Source: an uncultured Gammaproteobacteria bacterium
Lineage (GTDB): Bacteria > Pseudomonadota > Gammaproteobacteria > Steroidobacterales > Rariloculaceae
Direction: 5' to 3'
NCBI GenBank assembly: GCA_964553875.1
Contig: CAZKNH010000007.1
Location: forward strand, 1-45,446
Length of the DNA: 45,446 nucleotides
Shown here one piece after another: positions 1-9,554 of the stretch (the stretch's first letter is position 1; every line of letters begins with the position of its first letter). Below the pieces are notes generated by a model. The model ran no database searches. It worked only from the letters and a program-made list of their open reading frames with translations, and was not told the DNA's origin. The position numbers and the translations under genes were made by a program.

Positions 1-1
1 G

Positions 2-193
2 GCGATAGAGCAGTATCTGTTCGAGGAGCGGAGAGACGTTCTGCGGCTGGTCACCTCGACGGCGAGGCCGGACGAGGAGGCAAAGCAGAAGATCTCCGTG
101 GTACAGGAGAGGCTGGTGAAGGATTACGGCTACGACGAGCACAGCGCGAAGGAAGCGTTGAGTTACGTCACGACCTTACTGGCCCAGGAGTGA
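2..193 (+). CDS. prkA: PrkA/YeaG-family AAA+ serine kinase, C-terminal fragment (5' truncated by window)
   Basis: Frame 2 reads AIEQYLFEERRDVLRLVTST...RLVKDYGYDEHSAKEALSYVTTLLAQE*, resembling the PrkA C-terminus (GY..SA..L.YV). It lies directly upstream of yeaH/spoVR, the usual gene order. Confidence 0.85.
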   Translation, partial: AIEQYLFEERRDVLRLVTSTARPDEEAKQKISVVQERLVKDYGYDEHSAKEALSYVTTLLAQE

Positions 194-230
194 TTCAAAC
201 CCGGGCGACAGCCCGGACGGGCGGTAATCG

Positions 231-1397
231 ATGACCGAAAGCGGCAACCATCAGGGCGCGGTCGGCTTCAGCAGCTGGTACGACATCTTCTCGCGCGGCT
301 CCCGTGACTGGCTCCGGAACGACGAGAAAGTCCGCGACTCGGTCCGCGAGCACCTGCCGCAGATCATTGCCGGCGGGGACGTGATCAACGAGGGCTCGCG
401 AACGGTCCGCGTTCCGGTGCGGATCCTCGAGCACTACCACTTCCGCTTGCGGCGCACGAGCGAGTCGCACGGCGTCGGCCAGGGCGACGTGAAGCCGGGC
501 GACGTGCTCGGCACGCCGTCCCGCGACCAGGGCGCTGGCAAGGGTCCGGGCGGCCGAGAAGACGGGGAGCTGCAGCTCGTGCTCGAGATCAAGGTCGACG
601 ACATCGTCGACTGGCTCTGGGAGGAGATGCGGCTGCCGAACTTGAAGCCGCGGGTCGGCGCGTCCGACGAGACGGACTGGACGCGTGAGGGCTGGGACCG
701 GCGCGGCGCGCGCTCGCGCCTCGACCGTCGCCGGTCGTTCAAGGAGCTCGTGAAACGGCGCGGCGCGGAAGGCGCGATCCCGACCTTCACGGACGAGGAC
801 CTGCGCTTCCGCCAGCTCGCGAAGCGTCGTCAGCCGGCCGTGCACGCGGTCGTGTTCTTCCTGCTCGACGTCTCGGGCAGCATGTCCGAACGCGACCGCA
901 AGCTCGCGAAGACGTTCTTCTTCTGGGTGGTGCAGGGCCTGCGCCGCGAGTACCGCTCGCTCGAGACCGTTTTCGTCGCGCACACGACGGACGCGTGGGA
1001 GTTCACGGAGCCGGACTTCTTCAAGGTTGCGGGCACGGGCGGCACGGTCGCGTCGACCGGCTTCGCGAAGGTCCGCGAGATCATCGACGCACGCTTCTCG
1101 CCGTCGCGGCACAACATCTATCTCTTCTATGCGTCCGACGGCGACAACTCGGTCAGCGACCGTGCCGAGGCACGCACGCTCCTGACCGGGCTTGCCAGCG
1201 ACGCGTGCTTCAGCGGGTACATCGAGGTCGGCTCGGCCCCGGCCCGCCGGCTCACGACCGAGACCGGGCGGCTGTTCGCCGAGATCGCGGCCGCGGGGCT
1301 CCCGGTCGGCAGCTACGCGGTCGACGATTTCGACGCGATCTGGGACGCGTTGCGCCACTTCTTCTCCACGGAGCAGCAGGCTGTCGAGGGCGTCTGA
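231..1397 (+). CDS. yeaH: YeaH/YhbH (DUF444) family VWA-domain protein
   Basis: GVGQGD..PGD segment, LPNLKP, EDLRFR, MIDAS-like LLDVSGSM, GGT..STG and YASDGDN motifs; prkA-spoVR context. Confidence 0.93.
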   Translation: MTESGNHQGAVGFSSWYDIFSRGSRDWLRNDEKVRDSVREHLPQIIAGGDVINEGSRTVRVPVRILEHYHFRLRRTSESHGVGQGDVKPGDVLGTPSRDQGAGKGPGGREDGELQLVLEIKVDDIVDWLWEEMRLPNLKPRVGASDETDWTREGWDRRGARSRLDRRRSFKELVKRRGAEGAIPTFTDEDLRFRQLAKRRQPAVHAVVFFLLDVSGSMSERDRKLAKTFFFWVVQGLRREYRSLETVFVAHTTDAWEFTEPDFFKVAGTGGTVASTGFAKVREIIDARFSPSRHNIYLFYASDGDNSVSDRAEARTLLTGLASDACFSGYIEVGSAPARRLTTETGRLFAEIAAAGLPVGSYAVDDFDAIWDALRHFFSTEQQAVEGV

Positions 1398-1398
1398 C

Positions 1399-2763
1399 AT
1401 GAGCGCCGAAGCGAGAGACGGCTGGCGCAACTACGTGAAGCCGCTCGAGGAGCTCGCGGAGCGCTCGGGGCTCTCGTTCTACCCGGTCGACTTCGAGGCG
1501 GTCCCGGACAGCTTCATGATGGAGATCGCGGTGTACGGGCTGCCCGTCCGAATGCCGCACTGGTCGTTCGGCGTCCGCTACATCTACCAGCTGATCCAGC
1601 ACCGGATGGGACACTCGAAGATCTTCGAGGTCGTCTTCCCCGGCAATCCCGGCCATGCGTATCTCGCAACGAGCAACGGACTCGCGGACAACATCCTCGT
1701 GACCGCACACGTGCTCGGTCATGCGGATTTCTCGCGCAACAACCTGCTCTTCCGCCGCTGCCAGGAGCAGGTCAGCGAGCGGATCGTCGAGCACGCCGCG
1801 AGCCACGCGCGGCAGATCCAGCAGGCGATCGAGTCGTACGGCGCGGAGCGCGTCGAGACGGTGCTCGACGCCGCGCTCGCGCTCGAGCAGCACATCGACA
1901 TCGACAAGCCGCTGCGCCGCGACAGGTACCCCGAGTACATCACCGAGCCCAAGATCGTCGACGACGAGTTCCGCAAGCGGTTCGCGGCGCTCGACCCCGA
2001 TGGCTCCGATGTCCCGACCGAGCGGCGGAAGCGCGCGCCCGTGCCGCCGCATCCCGAGCGCGACCTGCTCTGGTTCATCGCGAACTACGCGCCGGAGCTC
2101 GAGAGCTGGGAGCGTGACATCTTCCTCGCGGTGCGCGAGGAGTCGTTCTACTTCTATCCCCTCTTCGCGACGCAGATCATGAACGAGGGCTGGGCGTCGT
2201 ACTGGCACGCCCGGCTGCTGCGCGAGGCAGACTTCATCCCGCAACAGATCTATGTCGACGCGATCAAGTGCCACTCCGACGTCGTGCGTCCGATTGCGGC
2301 GGGCCAGCAGGTCGCGCTCGCGGTCAACCCGTACCACTTGGGCTTCTCGATGTGGGAGAAGATCGTCGAGAGCGAGGGACTCGACGCCGCGCGGCGCATC
2401 ATGCAGCAGGACGACGATTTCAGCTTCATCCGCAATCACCTGACGCGGGAAATCGCCGAGGAGCTGCAGCTCTTCCGGTACACGGCGAAGGACGGCCAGG
2501 TCCGCGTGCTCGAGATGGACATCGATCAGCTGCACGAGCATCTGCTCGCGCCGAAGTACGGATTCGGGGCCCCGTCGGTATCCGTGCGGCACATGCACGT
2601 CGACGGCACGCTCGAGCTCGAGCATGACTACAAGACGGACGGACGGGGGCTCGACCTCGAGCGGAGCCGGAAGGTGCTCGAATACGTGAGGCGCATCTGG
2701 CGCCGGCCCGTCGTGCTGCACACGATCGATCACGACGGGGCGCCGCACAAGATCGCGGTGTGA
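1399..2763 (+). CDS. spoVR: SpoVR/YcgB family protein
   Basis: ATG 1 nt after the yeaH stop (track ORF from 1192 is over-extended). Motifs YGLP.R.PHWSFG, AHVLGHADF, EESFYFYP, TQIMNEGWASYWH, NPYHLG. Confidence 0.95.
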   Translation: MSAEARDGWRNYVKPLEELAERSGLSFYPVDFEAVPDSFMMEIAVYGLPVRMPHWSFGVRYIYQLIQHRMGHSKIFEVVFPGNPGHAYLATSNGLADNILVTAHVLGHADFSRNNLLFRRCQEQVSERIVEHAASHARQIQQAIESYGAERVETVLDAALALEQHIDIDKPLRRDRYPEYITEPKIVDDEFRKRFAALDPDGSDVPTERRKRAPVPPHPERDLLWFIANYAPELESWERDIFLAVREESFYFYPLFATQIMNEGWASYWHARLLREADFIPQQIYVDAIKCHSDVVRPIAAGQQVALAVNPYHLGFSMWEKIVESEGLDAARRIMQQDDDFSFIRNHLTREIAEELQLFRYTAKDGQVRVLEMDIDQLHEHLLAPKYGFGAPSVSVRHMHVDGTLELEHDYKTDGRGLDLERSRKVLEYVRRIWRRPVVLHTIDHDGAPHKIAV

Positions 2764-2890
2764 CGGTCACCGCCGAAATCCTCGTTCACCGCGGCACCAG
2801 GCACGCGCCCGACATCCCCGGCGCGCGGAACCCTCCGGAAAACATCATCGGATAACAGCCCCGGCGCTCGCTTTCGTCGCCTTCACATGA

Positions 2891-2917
2891 CCGTGTAACG
2901 AACCATGCGTTACACGG
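2891..2917. promoter_or_regulatory. Perfect 10-bp inverted repeat CCGTGTAACG-N7-CGTTACACGG, putative operator upstream of the RND operon
   Basis: Visible palindrome about 80 bp upstream of the TolC-family ATG, with no U-tract. Confidence 0.5.
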
Positions 2918-2998
2918 GTCGACATCCTCCGGATCGCCGCATGACAATGCGCTGCATCGGCGCAACTGCGCCATAGACACCCAGCTGTCCCGATCAGG

Positions 2999-4261
2999 AT
3001 GCATGCCTTGAATATCGCCGTCGTTCTGCTCGCGACGGCTGCGGTTCCGCTCGTCTCGGCGGCTCAATCCCCGGCCGCGCAAGACCACGGCCCCGAGGAG
3101 CACGTGCCGATCGACATCGACGCCGGGCTCGATATGCGTTCCGTGCTCGAGCGCGCGGTCCGCCGCTATCCGAGCTTCGTCGAGCTCGAAGCCAGGGAGC
3201 ACGAGGCCGACGCGCTCGCAAGGCGCTCGCGCAGTCTCGTGGCCGGAAGGCCGGCGATGACCCTCGGCTACCGCTCGGACGATCCGCTCGACGATCACGG
3301 GCTCGCCGAATACGAAACCGGCCTCACCGTGCCGCTCTGGCGTCTCGGCGAGCGCCGTGCGGCGGGACGCGTCGCGGCGAGCGCGCGCGAGGAATCGGCG
3401 GCCGCGGAACGGGCGCTCGTCTGGGAGGTCGCGGGTGCGCTCCGCGACGCGCTGTGGGACATCGAGGACGCGGTAAACGGCGTCGAGCTCGCGGTCGAAG
3501 CGCTCGCGATCGCCGAGGACATCGAGCGAATCGTCGCGCGCCGTCACGCGCTCGGTGACCTGCCGCTCGAGGACCTGCTGCTCGCCGAGAGCACGGTGCT
3601 CGAGCGGCGTGCCGAGCTGATCGAGCGACGCGCCGCGCTCGTCGACGCCGAGTTCGCGTACGAGCTTCTGACGGGCTTGAGGGCCCGTCCGCCCGCGCTC
3701 GTCGAGACGCCCGTCGAGTCGCGCGACTTCTCGGCTCATCCGCTCCTGACTCTGGCCCGGTCCGAAGCGGAGCGTGCGCGCGCGGCGGTCGAGCTCTCGG
3801 CGCGCGCGGGCAAAGGCAGCCCGACGCTCTCGATCGGCCCCCGTCGCCAGCGCGACGCGCTGTCCGATTTCTACACCGACAGCGTCGGCGTCGAGGTCAG
3901 CATCCCCGTAGGCGGCGGAGCCCATGCCGACGTCGAGACGGCGGCGGCCCGCCGGCAGCTCGCGGCCGCCGAAGCGGCGCTTGCGGCGCTCGAGCGTCGG
4001 CTCCACGCGGACCTGCACGACGCGCTGCACACGCTCGAGACGTCCGAGAGCGCCCTTGCGCTCGCCGAGCGCCGCGCGGAGATCGCCGCGCGGCATCGCG
4101 AGATGGGACGAACCGCGTTCGAGCAAGGCGAGATTTCCTTGGTCGAGCTTCTCCGGCGGGACGAGGCGGCGCGGATCGCCGCCCGTTCGGCGCGGATTCT
4201 CGAGGTGCAACGGGGCCGCGCGATCGCCGCGGTGAACCAGGCCGTCGGGGTACTGCCATGA
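2999..4261 (+). CDS. TolC/CzcC-family outer membrane efflux protein
   Basis: Signal peptide, Ala/Glu/Arg-rich helical repeats, GLTVPLW and VSIPV beta-strands, FEQGEISLVELL motif; first gene of the RND operon. Confidence 0.9.
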   Translation: MHALNIAVVLLATAAVPLVSAAQSPAAQDHGPEEHVPIDIDAGLDMRSVLERAVRRYPSFVELEAREHEADALARRSRSLVAGRPAMTLGYRSDDPLDDHGLAEYETGLTVPLWRLGERRAAGRVAASAREESAAAERALVWEVAGALRDALWDIEDAVNGVELAVEALAIAEDIERIVARRHALGDLPLEDLLLAESTVLERRAELIERRAALVDAEFAYELLTGLRARPPALVETPVESRDFSAHPLLTLARSEAERARAAVELSARAGKGSPTLSIGPRRQRDALSDFYTDSVGVEVSIPVGGGAHADVETAAARRQLAAAEAALAALERRLHADLHDALHTLETSESALALAERRAEIAARHREMGRTAFEQGEISLVELLRRDEAARIAARSARILEVQRGRAIAAVNQAVGVLP

Positions 4262-5397
4262 TGAGTTTCGCGACACGAAGCCTATCGAGGATCGCCTTCG
4301 CGCTCGTGCTCGGCGTCGGCACATGCACCCTGCCGGCGGCCGCCCGCGCGCAGCAGCGGCCGACGCTGATCGAGATCGGCGCCGCCGAGATCGAGCGGCT
4401 CGGCATCGATTGGATCCGTCCGGAGCGCGTACCGGGCCGCGTCGTGCTCGAGGCACCGGCCGTCGCGGTGCTTCCGCCGGCGCGAGAGACGGTCGTGAGC
4501 GCGCCCGTCGGCGGTCTCGTCACCCTGCTGCACGTCGCCGAAGGAAGCGAGGTCGCTGCCGGCGACCCGCTCGTCGAGCTCAGGAGCGTCGAGCTTCTCG
4601 AAGCGCAGCGCGAGTACGTGAACGCCGCGTCGGCCGCACGGCTCGCGGAGGCTCAGCTCGAGCGCGATCGGATGCTGCACGACGAAGGCATCATCGCGCG
4701 GCGGCGTCTCGACGAGTCCGAGGCGGCGGCGCTCGCGGCCCGAGTGCATGCGGAGCAGGCGCGTCAACAGCTGCGCCTCGTCGGCGCGGACGACCGGTCG
4801 CTCGAGCGGCTCGCTTCGACCGGAACGATCTCGCCGGAGCTCACGCTGCGCGCACCGGTGGCGGGCGTCGTCATCGAGGGGCGCATCGCGGTCGGCACGC
4901 AGGTCGACGCGCTCGAGCCGATCGTACGCATCGCGGATCTCAGCGAGCTGTGGCTCGAGGCGCGCGTGCCGGAGCAGCGCGTCGATGCGATCGCGCCGGG
5001 TATGCAGCTCGCCGTCGACGTGCGCGGCCGAACGCATGTCGGCGAGATCTTCCAGATCGGCCGCACGGTGGACGCCGGCTCACAAACCGTCCTCGTCCGC
5101 GCGCGCATCGGCAATGCCGGCCTCGCGCTGCGCGCAGGACAGCTGCTTCCGGCGCGCGTCGTCGCGGGGAACGGCGACGTCGCGCTCTCCGTGCCTCGTT
5201 CGGCGGTCACGCGGATCGACGGCGAGGCCTTCGTCTTCGAGCGCGCGCCGGAGGGGGTGCGCCCCGTGCCGGTCACGATCGTCGGCGAAGCCGACGGCCG
5301 CGTGCAGATCGAGGCCGACGACCTCGATCACGGCGCCGAGCTCGCCGGGCGCGGCGTCAGCGCGCTCAAGGCGCTCCTGACCGGCGACGAAGAGTAG
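4258..5397 (+). CDS. RND efflux periplasmic adaptor (CzcB/CusB-like)
   Basis: VSAPVGG, V.EG..V..GDPL, LRAPVAGVV, IADLSELW and VPRSAV adaptor motifs; ATGA overlap with the upstream gene. Confidence 0.93.
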   Translation: MMSFATRSLSRIAFALVLGVGTCTLPAAARAQQRPTLIEIGAAEIERLGIDWIRPERVPGRVVLEAPAVAVLPPARETVVSAPVGGLVTLLHVAEGSEVAAGDPLVELRSVELLEAQREYVNAASAARLAEAQLERDRMLHDEGIIARRRLDESEAAALAARVHAEQARQQLRLVGADDRSLERLASTGTISPELTLRAPVAGVVIEGRIAVGTQVDALEPIVRIADLSELWLEARVPEQRVDAIAPGMQLAVDVRGRTHVGEIFQIGRTVDAGSQTVLVRARIGNAGLALRAGQLLPARVVAGNGDVALSVPRSAVTRIDGEAFVFERAPEGVRPVPVTIVGEADGRVQIEADDLDHGAELAGRGVSALKALLTGDEE

Positions 5398-5401
5398 CCC
5401 G

Positions 5402-8400
5402 ATGGACAGGCTGATCGCGTTCGCGCTGAGCCAGCGCCTCCTCGTGCTGATGCTGACCGTGTTGCTCGCCGTCGCGGGCTTCGCGGCGTTCCGCCAGCTT
5501 CCGATCGACGCGTTCCCGGACGTCTCGCCGACGCAGGTCAAAGTGATCGTCAAGGCGCCCGGCATGACGCCCGAGGAGGTCGAAACGCGCATCACCGCGC
5601 CGATCGAGGTCGAGCTGCTCGGTTTGCCGCGGCAGGCGATGCTGCGCTCGATCACGAAGTACGCGCTGACCGACATCACGGTCGACTTCGAGGAAGGCGT
5701 CGACATCTACTGGGCGCGCCAGCAGGTCGCGGAGCGTCTGAACGCCGTCTGGGACGACCTGCCCGAAGGCATCGAGGGCGGCATCGCGCCGATGACGTCG
5801 CCGCTCGGCGAGATGTTCATGTTCACCGTCGACGGGAACATGAGCCTCGCGGAGCGGCGCACGCTGCTCGAGTGGGTGATCCGCCCTGCCCTCCGGACCG
5901 TGCCCGGCGTCGCCGACGTGAACGTGCTCGGCGGCTACGTCAGAGCGTTCGAGGTCGTGCCGGATCCCGTGCGGATGGCCGCGCGCGGCATCGACGTGCT
6001 CGATCTCGAGGAGGCGATCGCGCGCAACAACCGCAACGACGGCGCCGGACGTTTACCCGAGGGCGAGGAGACGCTGCTGGTCCGCGCCGAGGGCCGAATC
6101 GAATCGCTCGAGGATCTCGCGCAAATCGTCGTCGGCGAGCAGAGCGGCGTGCCGATCCGGGTCGCCGACGTCGCAGACGTGCGCGTCGGCGCGATCACGC
6201 GCTATGGCGCCGTCACGCAGGATGGAGAATCCGAAGCCGTGCAGGGCCTCGTCCTCGGCCTGCGCGGCGCGAACGCGCGTGCCGTCGTCGAGGGCGTGCG
6301 CGCGAAGCTCGACGAGATCGCGTCCGCGCTGCCGGACGGCGTCGAGGTCAACGTTTTCTACGACCGCGGCGGCCTCGTGTCGCGCGCGGTCGGCACCGTC
6401 GCGAAGGCGCTCGTCGAAGCGGTCGTGCTCGTGCTGATCCTGCTCGTCCTCTTCCTCGGGAATCTGCGCGCGGCGTTGACGGTCGCGCTCGTGCTGCCGC
6501 TCGCGGCCCTCGCGACGTTCGTGCTGATGCAGAGCTTCGGCATGTCCGCGAACCTGATGAGCCTGGGCGGTCTCGCGATCGCGATCGGCATGCTCGTCGA
6601 TGCGGCCGTCGTCGTCGTCGAGAACATCGAGACTCAGCTCGCGCGCGGAAACGGCGGCGGCCGCCTGCCGCTGCTCCACGTCGTCTACCGTGCGGTGCGG
6701 GAAGTCTCCGTTCCGGTCGCGTCCGGCATCGGCATCATCGTGATCGTGTTCCTGCCGTTGCTGACGCTGCAGGGTCTCGAGGGGAAGCTCTTCTCGCCGG
6801 TCGCGCTCACGATCAGCTTCGCGCTCGGCGCGTCCCTCGTGCTGTCGCTGACCGTGATCCCCGTGCTCGCGTCGTTCCTGCTGAAGCTCACGTCGCACGC
6901 CGAGCCGTGGCTGCCCCGCAAGCTCGAGGCGCTGTACGAGCCGGCGCTCCGCTCGAGTCTCGCGCACGGCAACCGCGTGATCGGGGCGGCCGCAGTTGCG
7001 CTCGCGGCGACGGCCGTCGCCTACCCGTTCATCGGCAAGACGTTCATGCCGACGATGGACGAAGGCGACATCATCGTGCAGGTCGAGAAGCTGCCGTCCA
7101 TCACGCTCGACGAATCCGTCGCGATGGACCTCAGGATCGAGCGGGCGATCCTCGAGCAGGTCCCCGAGGTCGAGCGCATCGTCGCCCGAGTCGGCACCGA
7201 CGAGATCGGGCTCGACCCGATGGGGCTCAACGAATCGGACATGTTCTTCGTGCTGAAGCCGCGTGCGGAATGGCGGAACCGCAGCAAGGAAGCGTTGATC
7301 GACGCGATCCGGGACGTGCTCGACGGGTTCCCCGGACTCGCTTACGGGTTCACTCAGCCGATCGAGATGCGCACGTCCGAGATGCTGACCGGCGTGCGCG
7401 GAGACGTCGCCGTGAAGCTCTTCGGTCCCGATCTCGACGAGCTCGACCGGCTGGCGAGCGCGATCGAGACGGTGCTCCGCTCGATCGACGGCAGCGAGGA
7501 CGTCTTCGTCGCGCGCAACAGCGGGATGCAGTACCTGACGCTCGACATCGACCGGGAGATGGCGGGACGGCTCGGGCTTTCCGGCGACGATCTGCAGCGG
7601 CTCCTGCGCGCGCAGATCGAAGGGCTCCCCGTCGGCATCGTGCAGGAGGGCGTGCAGCGCACGCCGCTGGTGATCCGCGCCGAAGCCCAGCTCGGCTCCG
7701 TGACGAGCCTCGCGAGCCTGCCGCTGCACGTCCACGGCAAGGGGCTCGCGCCGGTCGAGTCGGTCGCGAAGCTGTCCCGGCTCGACGGCATCGTCTCGGT
7801 GGCCCGCGAGCGCGGCCAGCGCTTCGCCGTCGTGCGCACGAACGTGACCGGGCGCGACCTCGTCGGCTTCGTCGACGAGGCGCGCCGCCGGGTCGCGGAG
7901 GAGATCGAGCTCCCGCCCGGCTACTACGTCGAGTGGGGCGGCGAGTTCGAGAACCAGCAGCGGGCCGCGGCCCGCCTCGCGATCGTCGTGCCGGTCTCGA
8001 TCGGGCTGATCTTCCTGCTGCTCTTCTCGACGTTCCGCTCCCTGCGGCAGGCGCTGCTCGTGCTGACCAACGTGCCGTTCGCACTGATCGGCGGCGTGTT
8101 TGCGCTGCTCGTGACCGGCGAATACCTGTCGGTGCCCGCGTCCGTCGGCTTCATCGCGTTGCTCGGCATCGCGGTGCTGAACGGCGTCGTCATGGTCAGC
8201 TACTTCAATCAGCTGCGCGAGCGCGGGCTCGGCATCGACGAGACCGTCGTCGAGGGCGCGAAGCGGCGCCTCCGCCCCGTGATGATGACCGCGAGCATCG
8301 CGGCGTTCGGTCTCGTGCCGCTGCTCTTTGCGACTGGACCGGGCTCGGAGATCCAGCGGCCGCTCGCGATCGTCGTCATCGGCGGCCTGATCTCGGCGAC

Positions 8401-8461
8401 CACGCTGACCCTGATCCTGTTGCCCGTCCTCTATCGACGCTTCGGAGTCGAGCCGACATGA
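5402..8461 (+). CDS. czcA: CusA/CzcA-family heavy-metal efflux RND transporter
   Basis: LPIDAFPDVS, ANLMSLGG, VDAAVVVVEN, GLEGKLFSP, RLRPVMMTA, GSEIQRPLA; 1019 aa. Confidence 0.93.
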   Translation: MDRLIAFALSQRLLVLMLTVLLAVAGFAAFRQLPIDAFPDVSPTQVKVIVKAPGMTPEEVETRITAPIEVELLGLPRQAMLRSITKYALTDITVDFEEGVDIYWARQQVAERLNAVWDDLPEGIEGGIAPMTSPLGEMFMFTVDGNMSLAERRTLLEWVIRPALRTVPGVADVNVLGGYVRAFEVVPDPVRMAARGIDVLDLEEAIARNNRNDGAGRLPEGEETLLVRAEGRIESLEDLAQIVVGEQSGVPIRVADVADVRVGAITRYGAVTQDGESEAVQGLVLGLRGANARAVVEGVRAKLDEIASALPDGVEVNVFYDRGGLVSRAVGTVAKALVEAVVLVLILLVLFLGNLRAALTVALVLPLAALATFVLMQSFGMSANLMSLGGLAIAIGMLVDAAVVVVENIETQLARGNGGGRLPLLHVVYRAVREVSVPVASGIGIIVIVFLPLLTLQGLEGKLFSPVALTISFALGASLVLSLTVIPVLASFLLKLTSHAEPWLPRKLEALYEPALRSSLAHGNRVIGAAAVALAATAVAYPFIGKTFMPTMDEGDIIVQVEKLPSITLDESVAMDLRIERAILEQVPEVERIVARVGTDEIGLDPMGLNESDMFFVLKPRAEWRNRSKEALIDAIRDVLDGFPGLAYGFTQPIEMRTSEMLTGVRGDVAVKLFGPDLDELDRLASAIETVLRSIDGSEDVFVARNSGMQYLTLDIDREMAGRLGLSGDDLQRLLRAQIEGLPVGIVQEGVQRTPLVIRAEAQLGSVTSLASLPLHVHGKGLAPVESVAKLSRLDGIVSVARERGQRFAVVRTNVTGRDLVGFVDEARRRVAEEIELPPGYYVEWGGEFENQQRAAARLAIVVPVSIGLIFLLLFSTFRSLRQALLVLTNVPFALIGGVFALLVTGEYLSVPASVGFIALLGIAVLNGVVMVSYFNQLRERGLGIDETVVEGAKRRLRPVMMTASIAAFGLVPLLFATGPGSEIQRPLAIVVIGGLISATTLTLILLPVLYRRFGVEPT

Positions 8462-8796
8462 GCGCTTCGGAACCCTCGCAGCCCGCTTCGCACGAACGGT
8501 CGCTGCTGCTCGTCGTCTCCGTGCCTCGCGCGGCCGAGGAGCGCGTGATCGACTGGCTCCTCGCCCGCGGCGACGTGACGACCTTCTCGAGCGCCGCGGT
8601 CGACGTGCACGGCGTCGATCCCGCGGACCTCGTCGGAGCGGAACGGGTCAGCGCGCGCCGGCGTGCCACCGAGTTCCGCGTGCGCATCCCGGCTTCGCAC
8701 CTCGGCGAGCTGATCGCGGCGCTCGAGTCCGAGCTCCGCGGGCTCGAGCTCGAATGGTTCGCGGTGCCGATCGAGGCGGCGGGTCGGCTGACCTGA
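8458..8796 (+). CDS. DUF3240-like small protein (PII/GlnB-like fold) coupled to the RND transporter
   Basis: ATGA overlap with czcA. The sequence LLLVVSVP..AEERVIDWLL...FS...VHG...L..AERVSAR...WFAVPI..GRL matches the small genes that follow czcA-type operons. Confidence 0.75.
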   Translation: MSASEPSQPASHERSLLLVVSVPRAAEERVIDWLLARGDVTTFSSAAVDVHGVDPADLVGAERVSARRRATEFRVRIPASHLGELIAALESELRGLELEWFAVPIEAAGRLT

Positions 8797-8831
8797 GCCG
8801 CGGCGCTGCCGATAGCGGCTCCGCGCCGCGC

Positions 8832-9377
8832 TCAGCGCACGGAGCCGAGTAGCGCGTCGAGTTGCTCGCGGATCTGGCCCGCCCAAAGCTCCGCGACCTG
8901 GCGCCCGGCCGGGAGGTCCGTCCATGCGCGCCGCCATGCCACGACGCCGTCGCCGCCGATGATCATCAGGCCCGGCAGGTACTCGACGTCGTACGCATTC
9001 GCGATCGCGTCGCCGTCCTGGATAGCGATCAGCGGGAAGCCGAGGTTCTCGATGTAGGCCTTCGGATCCTCGCGGCCGTCCTCCTTCGCGTTGATCGCGA
9101 TGATCTTGACGCCCGCGTCGGCGTAGTCGGCCTGGATCCCCTCGAGATACGGCATCAGCGCCTTGCAGTACGGGCACCACGTCGCCCAGAACACGACGAC
9201 AGCCGGGCGGCCCGCGAGGACGCCGGGGAACATCACGGGACGGTTGTCGAAATCGGTGCGCATCCACGCCGGTGCGCGGTCGCCCTGATCCACGGCGTGT
9301 GCGGAAGTCGGCGCGCCGAAGAACGCCGCCGCAACCGCCATGGCTTTCGCGATCTTTCCGAGTATCCCTGCTGTCAT
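8832..9377 (-). CDS. TlpA-like thioredoxin-fold disulfide reductase (exported)
   Basis: VVFWATWCPYC motif and YDVEYLP cis-Pro region. Start chosen at MTAGILG, where an RBS-like GGGAG and a signal peptide (AHA) fit. Confidence 0.85.
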   Translation of the reverse strand: MTAGILGKIAKAMAVAAAFFGAPTSAHAVDQGDRAPAWMRTDFDNRPVMFPGVLAGRPAVVVFWATWCPYCKALMPYLEGIQADYADAGVKIIAINAKEDGREDPKAYIENLGFPLIAIQDGDAIANAYDVEYLPGLMIIGGDGVVAWRRAWTDLPAGRQVAELWAGQIREQLDALLGSVR

Positions 9378-9554
9378 TCGATCTCCCGCTGCAAAACGCG
9401 TCGCATGCCGCATTCGCGACGCGAAGCGTGCCACAGAGGGCGCGGCCGTGCCAGAGAAGCCGCGATGCCGGCAACGGGTGCACGCGCCAATGCCATTCCA
9501 GCCGTAGACGAGGTATTCTCGTCATCCCATCTGTCTTCCTGGCGGGAACCCTCC

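Noticed and set aside
2764-2998. Metal-sensing riboswitch upstream of the RND operon
   Set aside because: No known aptamer consensus is recognisable by eye; an Rfam covariance search would be needed.
9420-9455. Two minus-strand TGGCAC motifs as sigma54 promoters for the TlpA-like gene
   Set aside because: Neither has GC at the required -12 spacing.
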